Shown here one piece after another: positions 33,800 through 46,184 of a stretch of 64,000 bases of DNA (position 1 is the first letter of the stretch; each line of letters opens with the position of its first letter). The notes under the pieces are model-generated. The model made no database searches and was not told the DNA's origin. It saw nothing but the letters and a program-made list of their open reading frames with translations. The stretch spans positions 17,050,001 to 17,114,000 of the forward strand of contig NC_087461.1 in the NCBI RefSeq assembly GCF_036321535.1, given 5' to 3'. Made by a program: the position numbers and the translations under genes. The stretch is from Camelus dromedarius. Lineage: Eukaryota.

Positions 33800-34904
33800 G
33801 TGAGTCTTCAGCCCACACTGGAAGTCCAGTTTGTCTCCAGGAAGCCTCCAAACAGGGGAGGTGGGTGCTTGGGGCCCCCCGGGTGCTTTCTTGGTACGTA
33901 TGTCCCATGGCTGTGGGGAGGGGAGACCTTATGCCTGGGTCCAGAGACTGGGTCCTGGATTCCAGAATCTGATGTGAGGTGAACCTGATCTGAATCTGGT
34001 GGGGCCCTTTTGGAGGCCCATTTTGGGGCTGAGGGTGCTAGAGTCTGGTGCAGAAACACAGCTGCATGGTCAGGAATAGATGGGGACACCACCCACAGCA
34101 GGTGGCAGGTCAAATGGCGAATATGCCCTTACCCACTTGCTTGGTTCACAGCCCGACATGGCCAGGTAATCCTCTTACAGCTCTCTCCCCTGCTTACTGC
34201 ATCCTGAGCACCTTGCCAGGCTCCTCTCTCGAACATCCCAAGGACTCCGTGACCAGTGCTGCCGAAGGGCCCCCTTTTGCTTATCAGGCTGCTCACACTT
34301 TCCACCCAAAGTACCCCAAACAGCAGAGGAGGGGGGCTGAGCAGCAAACAGCCAACACAAACTCAACATTTTGGCTGGAAATTGCACACAAACTTTACAT
34401 GCTAGTCAGTAAGAAATGTCTGTTTGTTGTTTTACTGTAACAATGCACGGTGTCTCATTCCCACCCAACATCTCTTCACTATTGATGCTCTGAGACGCAG
34501 GCAGTGCCCTGTCATTCCTGAGAATCCGAGTGCCTGGGGCACACCCTGGGGCATGTGTGCCCTGTTTGAGAACCTCCATTTATAGGATAAGGACCAAATT
34601 CCCCAACTGGACATCGATTTCCTTCCTCCCCATCACTGCCCCTCACCGTAGTGTCTGCAGGTGCCCCAGACTCTTACGCCTTCAATCAGTGTTTCCCCGA
34701 ATGTCTTGTTAAAGGGGATAAATGCTAGAAAGAGGTTTCTACAGTCAGATCTGTTTGGGAAAAGAAAGGTGGAAACAGAGATACACAGATTTCTTAACTG
34801 CTGGAATTCACACATTATTTAATTTCCTAGGGTGCCTGGGGAACATTCAAGAAGGTGATTGATAGTATCATTTGAACATAAAACCCATGACCCCTTGTTT
34901 CTTT

Positions 34905-35005
34905 TTGTCTCCTTTTTCTTTTCCTCCCTCCCTCCTTCCCTCCCTCCCTTCCTCCTGCCCTCCCTTCCTCCCTCCCTCCCAACCCTTTCTCTCCTTCCCT
35001 TTTCT
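34905..35005. repeat. (TCCC/TTCC) polypyrimidine simple repeat
   Basis: cctccctcctccttccctccctcccttcc... Confidence 0.85.
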
Positions 35006-35924
35006 TGTAGAGCACATCATGGTGTGTTTCACCAACACACTGTTGAAAGCTCTGTCTCAATTCACATAGTTACGATGAATTTAGCCTGTAGGGGACCATT
35101 GATGAATAGGATGTGTTTCTTCCTTCCGAGGCTGAGAGCGGATGAGCAGGGGGAGCAGTGATGTCAGTGCCCTGACAAAGTGAAGGCCATCGATGTGGCC
35201 TAAGCACAGAGGAGGGATCCCTGCTGGGTGAACAGTGAGGGCTGCAGGAAGGGGAGGAACCTGGTTGAAGTACTAGATTTATCCCTGAAAAAGGTGGAAA
35301 ATAGGAAAAGGAAGGTTAAGCTTGGATGATAAAGGCTGTGACTGGTGGGCCTGGGGATCCAGTGCAGATCTGTGAACGTCAGACTGAACTGATGGGATGG
35401 AGAGGAGACTATACACAGGAGAGGGTGGAGTCTGGAGGTGGCTGTAGAGTCTGTAAGAGTGGTTCTCACCTCCCTGGAGGCAACTGCACAGGGAAGGCAG
35501 CCTACCTGCAGGCTGGCAAGCTCCCTGCTTCCATGCTGTGGCTCCGGGCTCAAAGTAAGAGAGACTCTCTGCAGAAGCCAGAGCTGGTGCACTTGGAAGG
35601 GAGTGTGGTCCCAAGGTCTCATCGGTCAGCGGTTGGGCCCCACTGATTGGGAGCAGTGAGAGCGGAGGGTTGAGACCTGGCCTCTGGCTGTCTTCAGAGG
35701 GGCAGGGAGGGGAAACGGAGCGAGCAGGAGACTGAGGAAGGAGCAGTCTTAGAAGTGGGAGAGGGCCTGGGGACACTGAGGGCAAAGGAGGCGAGTGATG
35801 GGGAGGAGTAGCGATCAGCAGAGGGGAATGGTGGCCTGAGAGTCTTGGGAAAACCAGGAAAGTGAGGCTGGAAGAGCGAGGCAAGGGATGGAGGCCCGTG
35901 CCCCCAAAGGGGTGATTGTTCGCA

Positions 35925-37230
35925 CAGAGTAATTTGTTGAGCCTCTTCCATGTGCCTGGCACTACTCTGGTTACTGGAGTGAACAGGACCAAGTGCTTCC
36001 CTCTGCCCTGCCAGGAGGAGAAATAGACACTATGGAAATCAGCAAGCATCATACATGTCAGGTGCGGGGGAGGAGGGCTGGAGAGGATGATGGGACGTCT
36101 CTTGAGCCAAGATCTGAATGAAATGTGAGGATGAATCATGCATAAATATGGATGATGAGCACTCTGGGCAGAAAGAAGAGAAATGCAGTGTCCCCAGGAT
36201 AGGAGATGTATCTGGGGCACAAGGAGTGGGGGAGAGAGAGTGGGCAGAACCAAAGTTGGAGAGGTGGCAGGGCCAGACTAGGCAGAGCCTGGTAGGCGTG
36301 GAAGGAAGAGCTGGGAGAAGCCATCGACGCTCCGAGGTTCTCTGCGTAAGGAAGACGACTCGACCAACGTACGAAGAGTGGACTATGAAGTAAGAGCTGG
36401 TGGAGGGGACCAGAGGAGGAGCCTTTATAGCTATCCAAGCAGGAGGTGCTGGTGGCGTAGACGGGGACAGTGACCATGGTGGGGAGACAAGAGAAAAGAG
36501 CTGGAGTGTTTATTTTCTTGGTAGAATTGACAGGAGTTGATGATGGCTGGATGTAGAATGAGGAAAAGAGAGGAGTCAAGCATGACTCTTAGGTTTTTGA
36601 CCGGTGTCCGTACAAGCGGCAATTCCAAGCTACCAAGGTCCAGATAATGAGAGCAAAGATCTGCTGATCAGGAGTTTGGTTTTGGATATGGAAAGTCTGA
36701 GATGCCTGTTAGACACATGAGTGGAGTTGTTGATAGGCAGGTGGATATATGGGTCTGGGGCTCAGGGGAGAGTTTGGGGCTGGTAATATAAGTTTGGGAA
36801 TCATTAGCATATAGATACTATTTAAAGGCATGGGATGGGACGAGATCGCCCAGGGAGTAGATGTACCCAGAGAAGAGGAGAGGCCCAAGGACTGAGCCCT
36901 GGGCTCCAACACGTAGAGAGGCTGGGGAGATGCGGAGGAACCAGCAAAAGGTCTAAGAGGTGGGAGAGAAAATAGGAGGCTGTGGCGTGCAGGAAGCCAG
37001 GTGAAGAGAGGGAGGGATCACACCATGAGAATAACACCTGGGCGCCGTAGGATGGAGCATGGGAACGCTGAGCACAGTGGTGGTGCTGGGGCCTACAGTC
37101 GTGCTGCAGAGGCTGCCCTGGACAGGGAGGGAGGCAGAGAAGAGAACCAAGAGACTAAACCACATGAAGTGGGAGAGGAAGGAGCAGGTCACCTCCATGT
37201 TCTCAGGGAGGAAGGACGGGAGCCCTCCCT
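35925..37230 (-). mobile_element. Long L2 LINE remnant in intron 6
   Basis: ttgttgagcctcttccatgtgcctggcact...gagtttggttttggatatggaaagtctgagatgcctgttagaca...aggactgagccctggg. This explains the overlapping stop-free antisense ORFs (e.g. 35279..36253). Confidence 0.75.
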
Positions 37231-37254
37231 GCCCTCTTCATACAGCCATCGGGG

Positions 37255-37382
37255 TAAGATAACTGTACAACTTATCTTCCAAACAATAACCAGTATGATA
37301 GTTAAAAAAGAACATAAATATTAATCACACTGAAAATACCAGTGTAGAAACTGTCCCAGGCCAACTAGGACAGCTCACTATG
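37255..37382 (+). mobile_element. MER94-like hAT-Blackjack MITE
   Basis: aacttatcttccaaac and actgtcccaggccaactaggaca resemble recalled MER94 (aatttatcgtccaaac, actgtcccgggcaaaccgggac). Confidence 0.45.
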
Positions 37383-38901
37383 CTCAAGAGGCAGTCAAGC
37401 TCCCCCTCCTCCTCCAGGAAGTATTCCTTGATAGCTATAGTCCACATGGATTGCCCAGCTCCCTGACCCTCTGGTGTGTGTCCTGTCCAGATCATGCCCT
37501 TGGCAGCTGATCTGACAAGAAGTTCTAAGCTGAAGGGCTCAGATGTGTGGGGTGTGGCAATCTGATAGGAGGTATGTCATGAGTAATTCGTTCCCAGTAA
37601 TTATTAAATAGTTAAGAATGTGTTATGGCCTTTATTTTATAAATCAGAGTGGAATTCAGAGTATGCTTATAATAACATCACTTTCAATCATTTCTTTTCT
37701 GGTATGATTTTTGAAAAAGAGCGGAAGAGGTGGGGTTACCACTGGCATTAATTGTTTGTCTGGTTCCTACCTTTTGTCAGGTCCTGGGCTGGGTGCTGGG
37801 TGTAAAATGGTGAACAGACCAAAAATTGTCCCTGCTCTCATGGAATTTCTTTTAGTGAGGAGGGAATCAAACAACCCCAAGCCTTGCTTGTCCACGGCTG
37901 CTCACAGTGACCAGCAGATCCCGATCCCAGCTGAGGCATTAGAAATTAATGTGATGGTTTGTTCCCATTGCTTCTACCTTGCCCCCTCCCTCCTCCTTTT
38001 TGTTTCATCAATTCACGGGAGGGCGCCGCGAACGTGAGCATCTTCTGTAATATGCATCTGCCCAGCAGAAAAGTGGCTGAGAATCCCTGGATTAGACTAA
38101 ATCTAGCCGTTGGCTCTGCCGCAATTTGTATGGAGCTCCGTTCCATTCATTCAAAGTATCCTAGCAGATGGGGAAAGAGATTGCAATAGGATACCAGAAG
38201 TGTGAGTAAACGATTCCATCTGGAGAGGTCAGGGAAGGCTTCACAGAGGAGATGACGTCTAAACTCTCATTTGAAGTATGAATAGCAGGGTGCTGGGGAG
38301 AAAAAGCGGCAGTGTGTGTATTTCTGCTCTTGGAGGGTGAGGCTCAAATCTTCTTGCCTCTTCCTCCCCCAAGGGTCTAGCAAAGTCCCATGCACCCAGC
38401 GATGCCTCAGTGCTCGCTTCTCGGCCAGCCTGGTGTGGAACCGGAGAGCCTGACTTAGCCTGGTGCTGAGAAGGGGAGAAAGAGCCCTAGGACCGTGCGG
38501 GACCTCACACTGGGACGTGGCCCTGAGTTCTCCAATGCTGTACAATTTTCTGAGGGACCCACAGGGTCCTCTAAGGCCAGTAGAGTGGCTGTAGGTCCAC
38601 AGGTAAGGTGCTCAGATCTGGAGAGGCTCCCTCATCTGTGGTCCTGGAGACAGTATAAACCTGGGAGAAATGGTCCCTACAGGCCACCATCCTGACCTAA
38701 CTAAGTGGCAGAAGCTCTTTGTTGTCCTGCGGTTGTATCATTTTAATATTTTTTTTTTTTTGTTATTGCTAAAACTTTCAGCTTCCAAGACTGTCCTGAT
38801 CTTCCCCACCTCTGACAGCCACAAAATTAATATTTTCCTTTTCCTAATATCTCGGCTGACAACAGGAATTTCATCATGACGTGCGTTTCTTTCTCCTCCA
38901 G

Positions 38902-38977
38902 GTTCGGCTCGACGTCTGGCGGGCCCCTGATGAACAGCCCCTATTTTTCCTCCAGTGGGAATGGCATAAATTTTTAG
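38902..38977 (+). CDS. C1orf94: C1orf94 coding exon 7 (FGSTSGGPLMNSPYFSSSGNGINF*)
   Basis: Acceptor tttctttctcctccag|G; TAG stop at 38975-38977. The C-terminus matches recalled human FGSTSGGPLMHSPYFSSSGNGINF. Confidence 0.95.
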
Positions 38978-39331
38978 ATCTCCATCTCATCCCCCTCCTC
39001 CTGCCTTAGCCCCGGGATCGGGACTAAGGGCTCTCTGGGATTCTGGGTTCTGCAACAGCTTGGTGTGAAGTTTGGAAAACCAAGGTTCCGACCAGGTCGC
39101 AGTCAGAAAACAGCAAGACCAGATGCATCTCTCGACCAACACTCACACACACAGCCTCCCCTGCCACACGCGGCACAGACCACACACACACACACACCCC
39201 CCCCCTCATATTCATACTCACTTGCTCAACCACATATGCATCTGTATTTAGCTAACATGAGTGATTTTTGTTTTTGTTGTTGTTGGTAAAATAGAAGTAA
39301 GACACTTAATTTTAGAAAGTTTGTATCTTAT

Positions 39332-39337
39332 GATAAA
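39332..39337 (+). terminator. Candidate non-canonical polyadenylation signal GATAAA
   Basis: I found no AATAAA or ATTAAA in the first 500 nt after the stop. GATAAA is followed about 30 nt later by a U/GU-rich tract (tatttattttctgtgatgttct). Confidence 0.45.
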
Positions 39338-39589
39338 AGTATGAGCTGCTTGAAGTGGAGCATGCCTATTTATTTTCTGTGATGTTCTGCGTAATCTTCC
39401 CTGCTTCTTTTCCCCACGAGACTCAGCGTTTACCGGGGACCTAAAGAGAGACCACAGGCTGCCATCCTCCAAGTGATGCTCTCTAAATAATGGACCCCAG
39501 GGATCATAAACTTGAGGGCTTATCTCTCCCCTTCTGTGATCCACTCACTTCTCAACAGCCCAGTTTATGCAACTCAGGAATGGATGTAA

Positions 39590-40130
39590 AAGAGATGCAC
39601 CCTCCTCTGCCCTATCCAGGTGGTAATTTTACAGACAAAGTCTCTCTTGGGCAGAAGATGGGAAAATGTGCCTGCAAATCAATTCCAAATATAACTGTAG
39701 ATGTGACAGACTATTTTTAGTGACTGTACCTCAGTGCCCAAGCTAGAGGTCAACCTCAAAACCACCCCTAATGGTCCTGTCCCTGGACCATTCTCTATCA
39801 GCTTTTATCAGTGACTTGAATAAGGACATTGAGAGCATCTTGATCACATTTATGGAGGACACAAATCTGAGACGAGGAGATGGCCTGAGTCAGTGGTACA
39901 CATATCCTTTAATGCTCCCATTCTACACAGGCATCGTTAAGAAGCTATTCTGAGTCTGGACAAAGCCACAGAATCATTCTTCCTATGGTGGTCCACGCAG
40001 CCAACATGATCAGGGATGGTCTATGAAATGAAACTCAAGTGCAATCCTTTGGCAAACCCTAACATGATGAAAAGAAACAGAAAGTTAATGTAATGACCTC
40101 CTCTTGGGTCTAAAAATGAACCATGCACTT
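39590..40130 (+). mobile_element. L3/CR1 LINE, decayed reverse-transcriptase segment
   Basis: ORF 39771..39953 FISDLNKDIESILITFMEDTNL resembles CR1 RT FINDLDEGIECTLSKFADDTKL. Confidence 0.7.
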
Positions 40131-40914
40131 ACAGGTGGACCAACTTTGTCAGTTCTAAGTTGCTCTATTGCCACCCCTGTACCTGAAAGCTTTGGACCTC
40201 CCTGGCCGAGGCCAGTGAGAGCCAGGGCTGGGGAACATTAGGAGCCCAATCCTGACTGCGATGAGAGGCTAGGGGTCTGGAAGTCATCAGTGTCTCATGA
40301 TGGGCTTAAGTCCAGTGCCCACGAGAGCTTTTCTTTTGCCTTCGCAGTGTGACATGATTGGCCTCACTGGCTTTTCTTCCTAGATCCCTGGAAACCAGTT
40401 TCTCTCCCAAGTCCTCTTAGGACTTGTGCCTTCTCCCCTTCTCCATGGTCTAAGTCTGAAATTCCCCCTGAGTCCTTCAGCCCCTTTCCACAAAGCTGAC
40501 CCTGCTTCTATCTAGCACATCGTGTTCTTGTTGACATCCTTGGTTAACAGTCTAGACTCTCCACTGATTGGGAGACACCGGTTAGTTAGAAGTTTTCACA
40601 AATTCAAGAGCCCTTTTGTCCCCTGAAGGGCTTCCTCCTCTTATTGCTGTAGGCACTAACCCAGGCTGGGCCATAGTTTACCACCCTCTCCTGATCTCAG
40701 CATGCTTTCAGGCAGGAGAGACTAAGAGACAGAGCGTGGATTTGTCCTTGGCCAGACGTGGGTTCTTAGCCACTTTCCAACTCTGATATTGGGCAAAGAA
40801 TTTATCCTCTCTGAACCTCAGTTCTACTAATGATAATGTTAACGGCTGTGAGGATTAAAACATAATTAGTCTCAATATCGGTTTAATGTCTACTTAATGT
40901 ACCTTTGTGGTTTT

Positions 40915-43130
40915 AAGATGGCAGAGTAAAGATATTTCTGTCCCTCTTCTCTTGAAATTTACCCCCAAGTAAGAAGGAGAATAAGAACGTCCATGCAGAC
41001 TCCGTTCTCAGTGAAACCAGGAGAAGCCAGCAATTGCATCTGCCATAGACAAGGGCAGAAGTGGGGTGGAGGACGGTACATGCCTTAGCAGAAGAGGGGA
41101 AGATCACACCGAAATGCCTGCCAAAGCGCTTACCAGTCAGCAAGAAGCAAACCACTTTCCCCGCAGAGCCTGTAGGTCTCAGGACGTGACGGGTGCTGGA
41201 CACTATGGATGATGGGGCCGAAGAGAGATGAGAGCAAGGAGCTGATATAAGAGGTGACTTCTATCCTGGCCCCACAAAGCCAGGGGCCACAGACAGTTCT
41301 ATTGGAGATAGGTACTTTCTCTGAAGAAACTTACAGATCATGCTTAAGGATTGTGGAGATGAGGGTGCAGGTGGAAAATGGGCATTAAGTGAAATACACA
41401 TACACACCCAATGCCAGCAGCTAGACTTTACCCAAGAGGCAGGAGTTTGGAGAACTGCCCCAGAGGCACTTGGCGGTACCAATGAAAATGACCCTATGCT
41501 CATGCCCTTTCACAAAGAGCTTCCAATCAACTTTTAAGGACTTAATGTTTAATAGGAACGGACAAACTCCAACAAGAAAGACATAGATCAAAATAAAGGT
41601 AAAAAGGAACCAAAAAGAGAAGGGGAGCATAATATTCTCAGGGAGGTAAGAAAAGACAGTAAATTTTAAAAATAAGACAATATGCTATATGATTATTTTT
41701 AAAAATCAGAACAAGAAAGTGCTTTTGAAATTGAAACAGTGATAGCTGATTTAATTTTTTCAGTGGAAGGGGCTGGAAACTAACATCAAAGAGATCTTAT
41801 GAAAAGGAGAATCTTTATTTTATTTTATTTCATTTTATTTTATTTTTTGAGAATTTTTTTAAAGACACAGGGATGGATTATAGGAGATAAAAGATTTTTT
41901 AAAAATGAGATCAGTCCAGGAGACCAATATCTGGCTAATGGGAGTTGTAAGCAGAACAGTGAAAACAGAAGGAAGGGAAGTATCAAAAGAAAAACATAAG
42001 AAAATTTCCCAGATTGACTAGTCCAGACCAGTGCTCAGCAGAATGAATGAAAAAGAGCTACATCACGGCACATCACTGTGCAATTTCAGCATATCAGGGA
42101 CAAGGGCAAGATTCCAAGATTTTCAGAAAATCTTGTTCACACACAAATGTTCAGGAACCAGAAAGGCATCAGATTTCTCTACGGTACCTTTGGAACCTAG
42201 AAGATCCTGGGATAAAGCTGTCACTGCTTCAAGTGCAAATGATTTTTAACTTGAAAGTCTAAACCTAAACTCTATCTGTGAATGTAGAATGAAGATGTTT
42301 TCAGATATGCAGAGTTTCAAAAGATTTGCCTCCTTGTACCTTTGTCAGGACGCTGAGGAAGGATGCAACCCACGAAGACAGGTGGGTAGACCAAGACAGA
42401 AGACATGCAAGAGAAGAAACATGTATTCTCAGTGGGAGGGAGGCTGAGCACCTGGTGAAAAAGGAAGGTCTTAGCTCAAGAACCATAAAGCAGAGCCTAG
42501 AAAGTCACCACCACCAGTTCAGATTAGGGTGAGAACCTGGAGACCTTAGATGTTGTGTGTTGGCAGGAGGGACTGGGCGGGGATGCAGAAAAAGAAAATG
42601 ACAGTTTATTCCAACAGAATTGACTGTGTGAAAAGTTGTATTAAGAGTTGTTTTATAGCGGTTGGTGGGGGTGGGAAGATTCAGCTCTAAATTCAAATAA
42701 AAAATGAAACAACTTATTAATTCAGCAGTGAACAGTATTTGTGTGCTCATAATAATAAAAGGCCCAAATACAGATTTAACCAAAATTTGTGTAATTAGTA
42801 TTGTGCAAGGATGGAGGTGAAGAGAGGGGTGTGAAAAGAGCTAAAATCCTTTTTATCATAATAGGAAATCTGTAGGTAACATCTAAAATGGATGATTCGA
42901 GAAATTGTGGAGTTCCTATAATGGTCTACAAATGTGGAGGTAAATCCCAGAATAAAGAGTCAAGAGGGTTGACAGAGTTGCCTGTGGGAAGAAGGATGGG
43001 TTTGTGAGGGATGGTAGCCTGGGGCTCACTGTCTTCTTTGTGAATCTTTTAGTCCTTAATGGCTTTTAAAACATGTGTATGTATCACTTTAATAAAGAAT
43101 AAGCATTCATTTAGAAAAAGAGAAAGTGCG
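40915..43130 (+). mobile_element. HAL1-like / old L1 ORF1-type element, apparently near full length, inserted in a MIR
   Basis: Starts aagatggc. Decayed L1 ORF1-like sequence at 41600-42300; 3' end ttttaaaacatgtgtatgtatcactttaataaagaataag plus A-rich tail. Flanks are the two halves of one MIR (40740-40890 and 43125-43195). Confidence 0.55.
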
Positions 43131-44014
43131 TGCAGAACACCATCTAGCGTGGTGCCTGGCACATGGTAGGTGTCAAAAATGTTTGTTGAATTGTATTGAG
43201 CCACATTCTGACCCAGCTAGAGCCCACTGCCCAAGCCCTCATTCCAGGATGTCTGAGAATGTGATTCTCAGAAGCCTCTATGAATTTTTTCCCTAGGAAA
43301 TTCTTTGAGGGGAATCTTAAGGGAGGGCTGGAGCCAATGCCCTGAGTTTTTCCAACACATCACACTCCTTGACTCTGCTCACGTCTCAGAGAATTTCAAA
43401 AACACTTTGGGGAGTAATGGGAACTGGGACCCTAAGGACTGGGATCCTGAAGTCTAGGAGGGGATTGAAAATCCCCATCTCTTCTCTGTGTTCCTTCCAA
43501 AACTCTTCTCCTCCATTCAGCACATGTTCATCGGAACTTTTTCTTAGGGATACAGCAATGGGCAAGACAGACACAGTGCCTGCCCCCATGCACCCTAAGC
43601 TTAGGCATTAAATCACAGTGACTATGAAAGGCAATGAGTTTATCACAGGGCTATATGAGAGCACACAGCAGGACTCCCATCGCAGTTCAGAGCATCAGAT
43701 AAGTGACATCTGCTCTTTTTAACATTCCTGGGCTCTGCAGCTAATTCTCATCTGATATGTTTTCAAGTCACACCACCCCCTCCCCGCTGGTCTCATTCCT
43801 CAGAACATATTTTATTTGCAGATCTTGAAACTAATGATAGTCCATGTGTGGTTTAAGCAATGAAATTGAAGAGTAGCAAAATTGTGGGTTCCAGAAATAC
43901 TTAATAAAATAAAAACAGCTACAAAATCACTGAGCACTTATGATGGAACAGACACAGTGCTATCTATGTCACCTTTATTATCTAATGTAACATTCTTAGT
44001 AACTCTCTGAGATA

Positions 44015-44100
44015 TAGGTAGGTAGGCAGGTAGATAGATAGATGTGAGTTATAGGTAGATAGGTAGGTAGGTAGGTAGGTAGGTAGATAGATAGATAGAT
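44015..44100. repeat. Compound (TAGG)/(TAGA) tetranucleotide microsatellite inside a MIR (43925-44190, minus)
   Basis: Direct reading; MIR sequence on both sides. Confidence 0.9.
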
Positions 44101-44499
44101 GGCATGTGTAGAAGCCAAGGTTCAGAGTGATTAAGTATCTCATTAAGGTCATGTGGTAAGTGATTCAAAATCGATATTCTTATCCCCTTTTCCTGCCACT
44201 TCCCTGTTTGTAGTAACACAGCCCAAAGTGAATGAACTTCGTTGGAACACATATCCTATGGTTAATGACTATTAAGTTTTCAGGCGACTAAGACCTCTAA
44301 GTCATTTTCCAGTATGAAGCCACTGTGGGAGAAGAAGAAACGGGATGCAGGGGGTGAGGACAAGGGGGAAGCAGTCTTCTGGAAAGGGGTTGGGGTCATC
44401 TGGAGCAACTCCTCCCGGACTTCAACTCCTCCTCCAAGGCTCCCTCCTTCAGGAGGGCATCTTCAGTTCTGTGTTATCCATTCCTCATTATGACAGGAA

Positions 44500-45022
44500 T
44501 TTCCAGCTGGCATCAAATATTACATTTCCCCCTTCCCCTTTGTAATAGAACTCACTTTTCAGATTGGCACAGACCACCTAGAATATGTAACGTGGTTCTG
44601 GCCAAATGGGATGTAGGTAGAAGTGTTATGTGTGATTTTTGGAGATCGAAGCTACATTATGAAGTTGGCAGAGCAACAGGGGAGGAGGAACTGAGCTTCT
44701 GATGGTCATGGTGGCGCTGGGCAGGCCCTGCAGTGCCTGTCCCTGGACTTTGTTGACGTGAGAAGAAAGTGAACACCTTTGAAAAGCCACTGCTATTTTG
44801 GGTTTCTTTCACACATAACGAACCTAATCCTATTAGACATGCTCACAGGGTGAGATGGTAGCCCCCTACACGCCAGGGCAAGATGCTTCAGAATGGAACC
44901 TAACTGGCTGGTACCTTGACCTTGGACTTCCCTGACCCCAGAACTATGAGAAATACATTTCTATTGTTTAAGCCAGCCAGTTTATGGCACTTTGTCATGG
45001 CAGCCCCAGTAGACAAAAACAC
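44500..45022 (+). mobile_element. Two adjacent MaLR LTR remnants (MLT1J-like about 44500-44840; MLT1A/B/C-like 3' half about 44850-45022)
   Basis: aagccactgctattttgggtttc...aacctaatcctattagaca; ccttgaccttggacttccc...agaactatgagaaatacatttctattgtttaagcca...gtcatggcagcccc. Confidence 0.65.
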
Positions 45023-46184
45023 TTCTTAATGACTTTGACATGGAAGCTTTTCAAAGTTGCTCAAATGCTCTGAAGTTGTCAAATATGGAAGTGACCACCT
45101 CAAGAGTTATCTTCTAAGGCTCACTTCAACCAGCTCCCCAGCACCCCAAGTCTTAGAGAAGTGTGTGTGGGTCCTCTTGGAGATTAAGCTTCCTTGGACA
45201 AGGCATTTTTTGCATGACGTTTCTCCAAATCTTCATTCCCCAGAAATTAACTGTTGTCCTTCAGGAATCACGCCCAGGAAGCGGGAGAGGGGTTGTTGGT
45301 TGGGGGAATGATCAGAAATTATTAATCAACAGCCAAGTTGTCTTCTTTCTGCATCATAAAGTCTCAAGGCTTGGCTTCAGCAGTTTATTAAATTACCAGA
45401 ATGCCAAGAAAAATAGCTTTAATAACACATTTCTGCCTATCTATTATTTTTGTATAACCCAGAGTGGAGAATTAAAAGGCACCCTACCATTTAAAATAGC
45501 ATTTTTAAAATTAAAATGAACATGTTACAGGGATCTCTTTTATTTTTATTTTTTTACCTCAAAAAATAAGCCATTGATTCAGGATGTGATGACTCTAAGC
45601 CTAAATTTTATAGCTAAATCTTTGTTTGGTGTAAAGGAAGGAGAAGAAGTGGTTTTCCTCAAGAGGTTTAAAAGTATATTAATTAGAACAGGTTGGACGG
45701 GCAGGTCACTTTGTCCTCACATGTGGTTTGGTGTTACAAACACTAGTTTCAAGAATAACGATGTTAAAGAAGCGGAGATGGAAATGCCTTCTAAAGAACC
45801 AGCTGGCTACCCAGATGGGGCCTCATGGTGGGGCAGAGCTATGGTGAAGTAGCCACAGTTCAGACTCTGCTTCTGAGCTTTGCAAATTCAAGAACATTAC
45901 CAGGGTCCTAAGATCTGACCAAATTCAGTGGTTGATGTATAAACCCAGCTACAATTTATTTCTAATGAGGGACCTCAGCAATTTTTGAAAGTCATCTGCT
46001 GAGCTCCAAATATGAGACAGACACCACGCTATGAAGCATAGATAAAATGGTAAACTAATTATGATCCCTGCCCATAAAGAGCTCATAGTGTGAGTGACAG
46101 GGATGGTGGAAGATATAGACAAGTATAACACAAAATATTTTTGTAATAGTAGAACATAGCTGTGGAGATACAGAGGATTGAAAT

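Larger units (their letters stand above)
3205..38977 (+). other. C1orf94: C1orf94 orthologue, full coding span (7 coding exons, 603 aa, proline-rich and largely low complexity)
   Basis: Exon lengths 329+695+261+176+78+197+76 = 1812 nt = 604 codons. All introns are GT..AG with compatible phases (2,1,1,0,0,2). The translation is collinear end to end with the human C1orf94 protein as I recall it (MASGNG..., KDEISLLVEQEFLSLTKEH, EKNLLYEFLGATKNPSG, ...SSSGNGINF). Confidence 0.93.

Noticed and set aside
35279-36579. 324-aa and 147-aa minus-strand ORFs
   Set aside because: They lie on L2 remnants and purine-skewed sequence; low-complexity L/P/S translation with no intact RT or endonuclease motifs.
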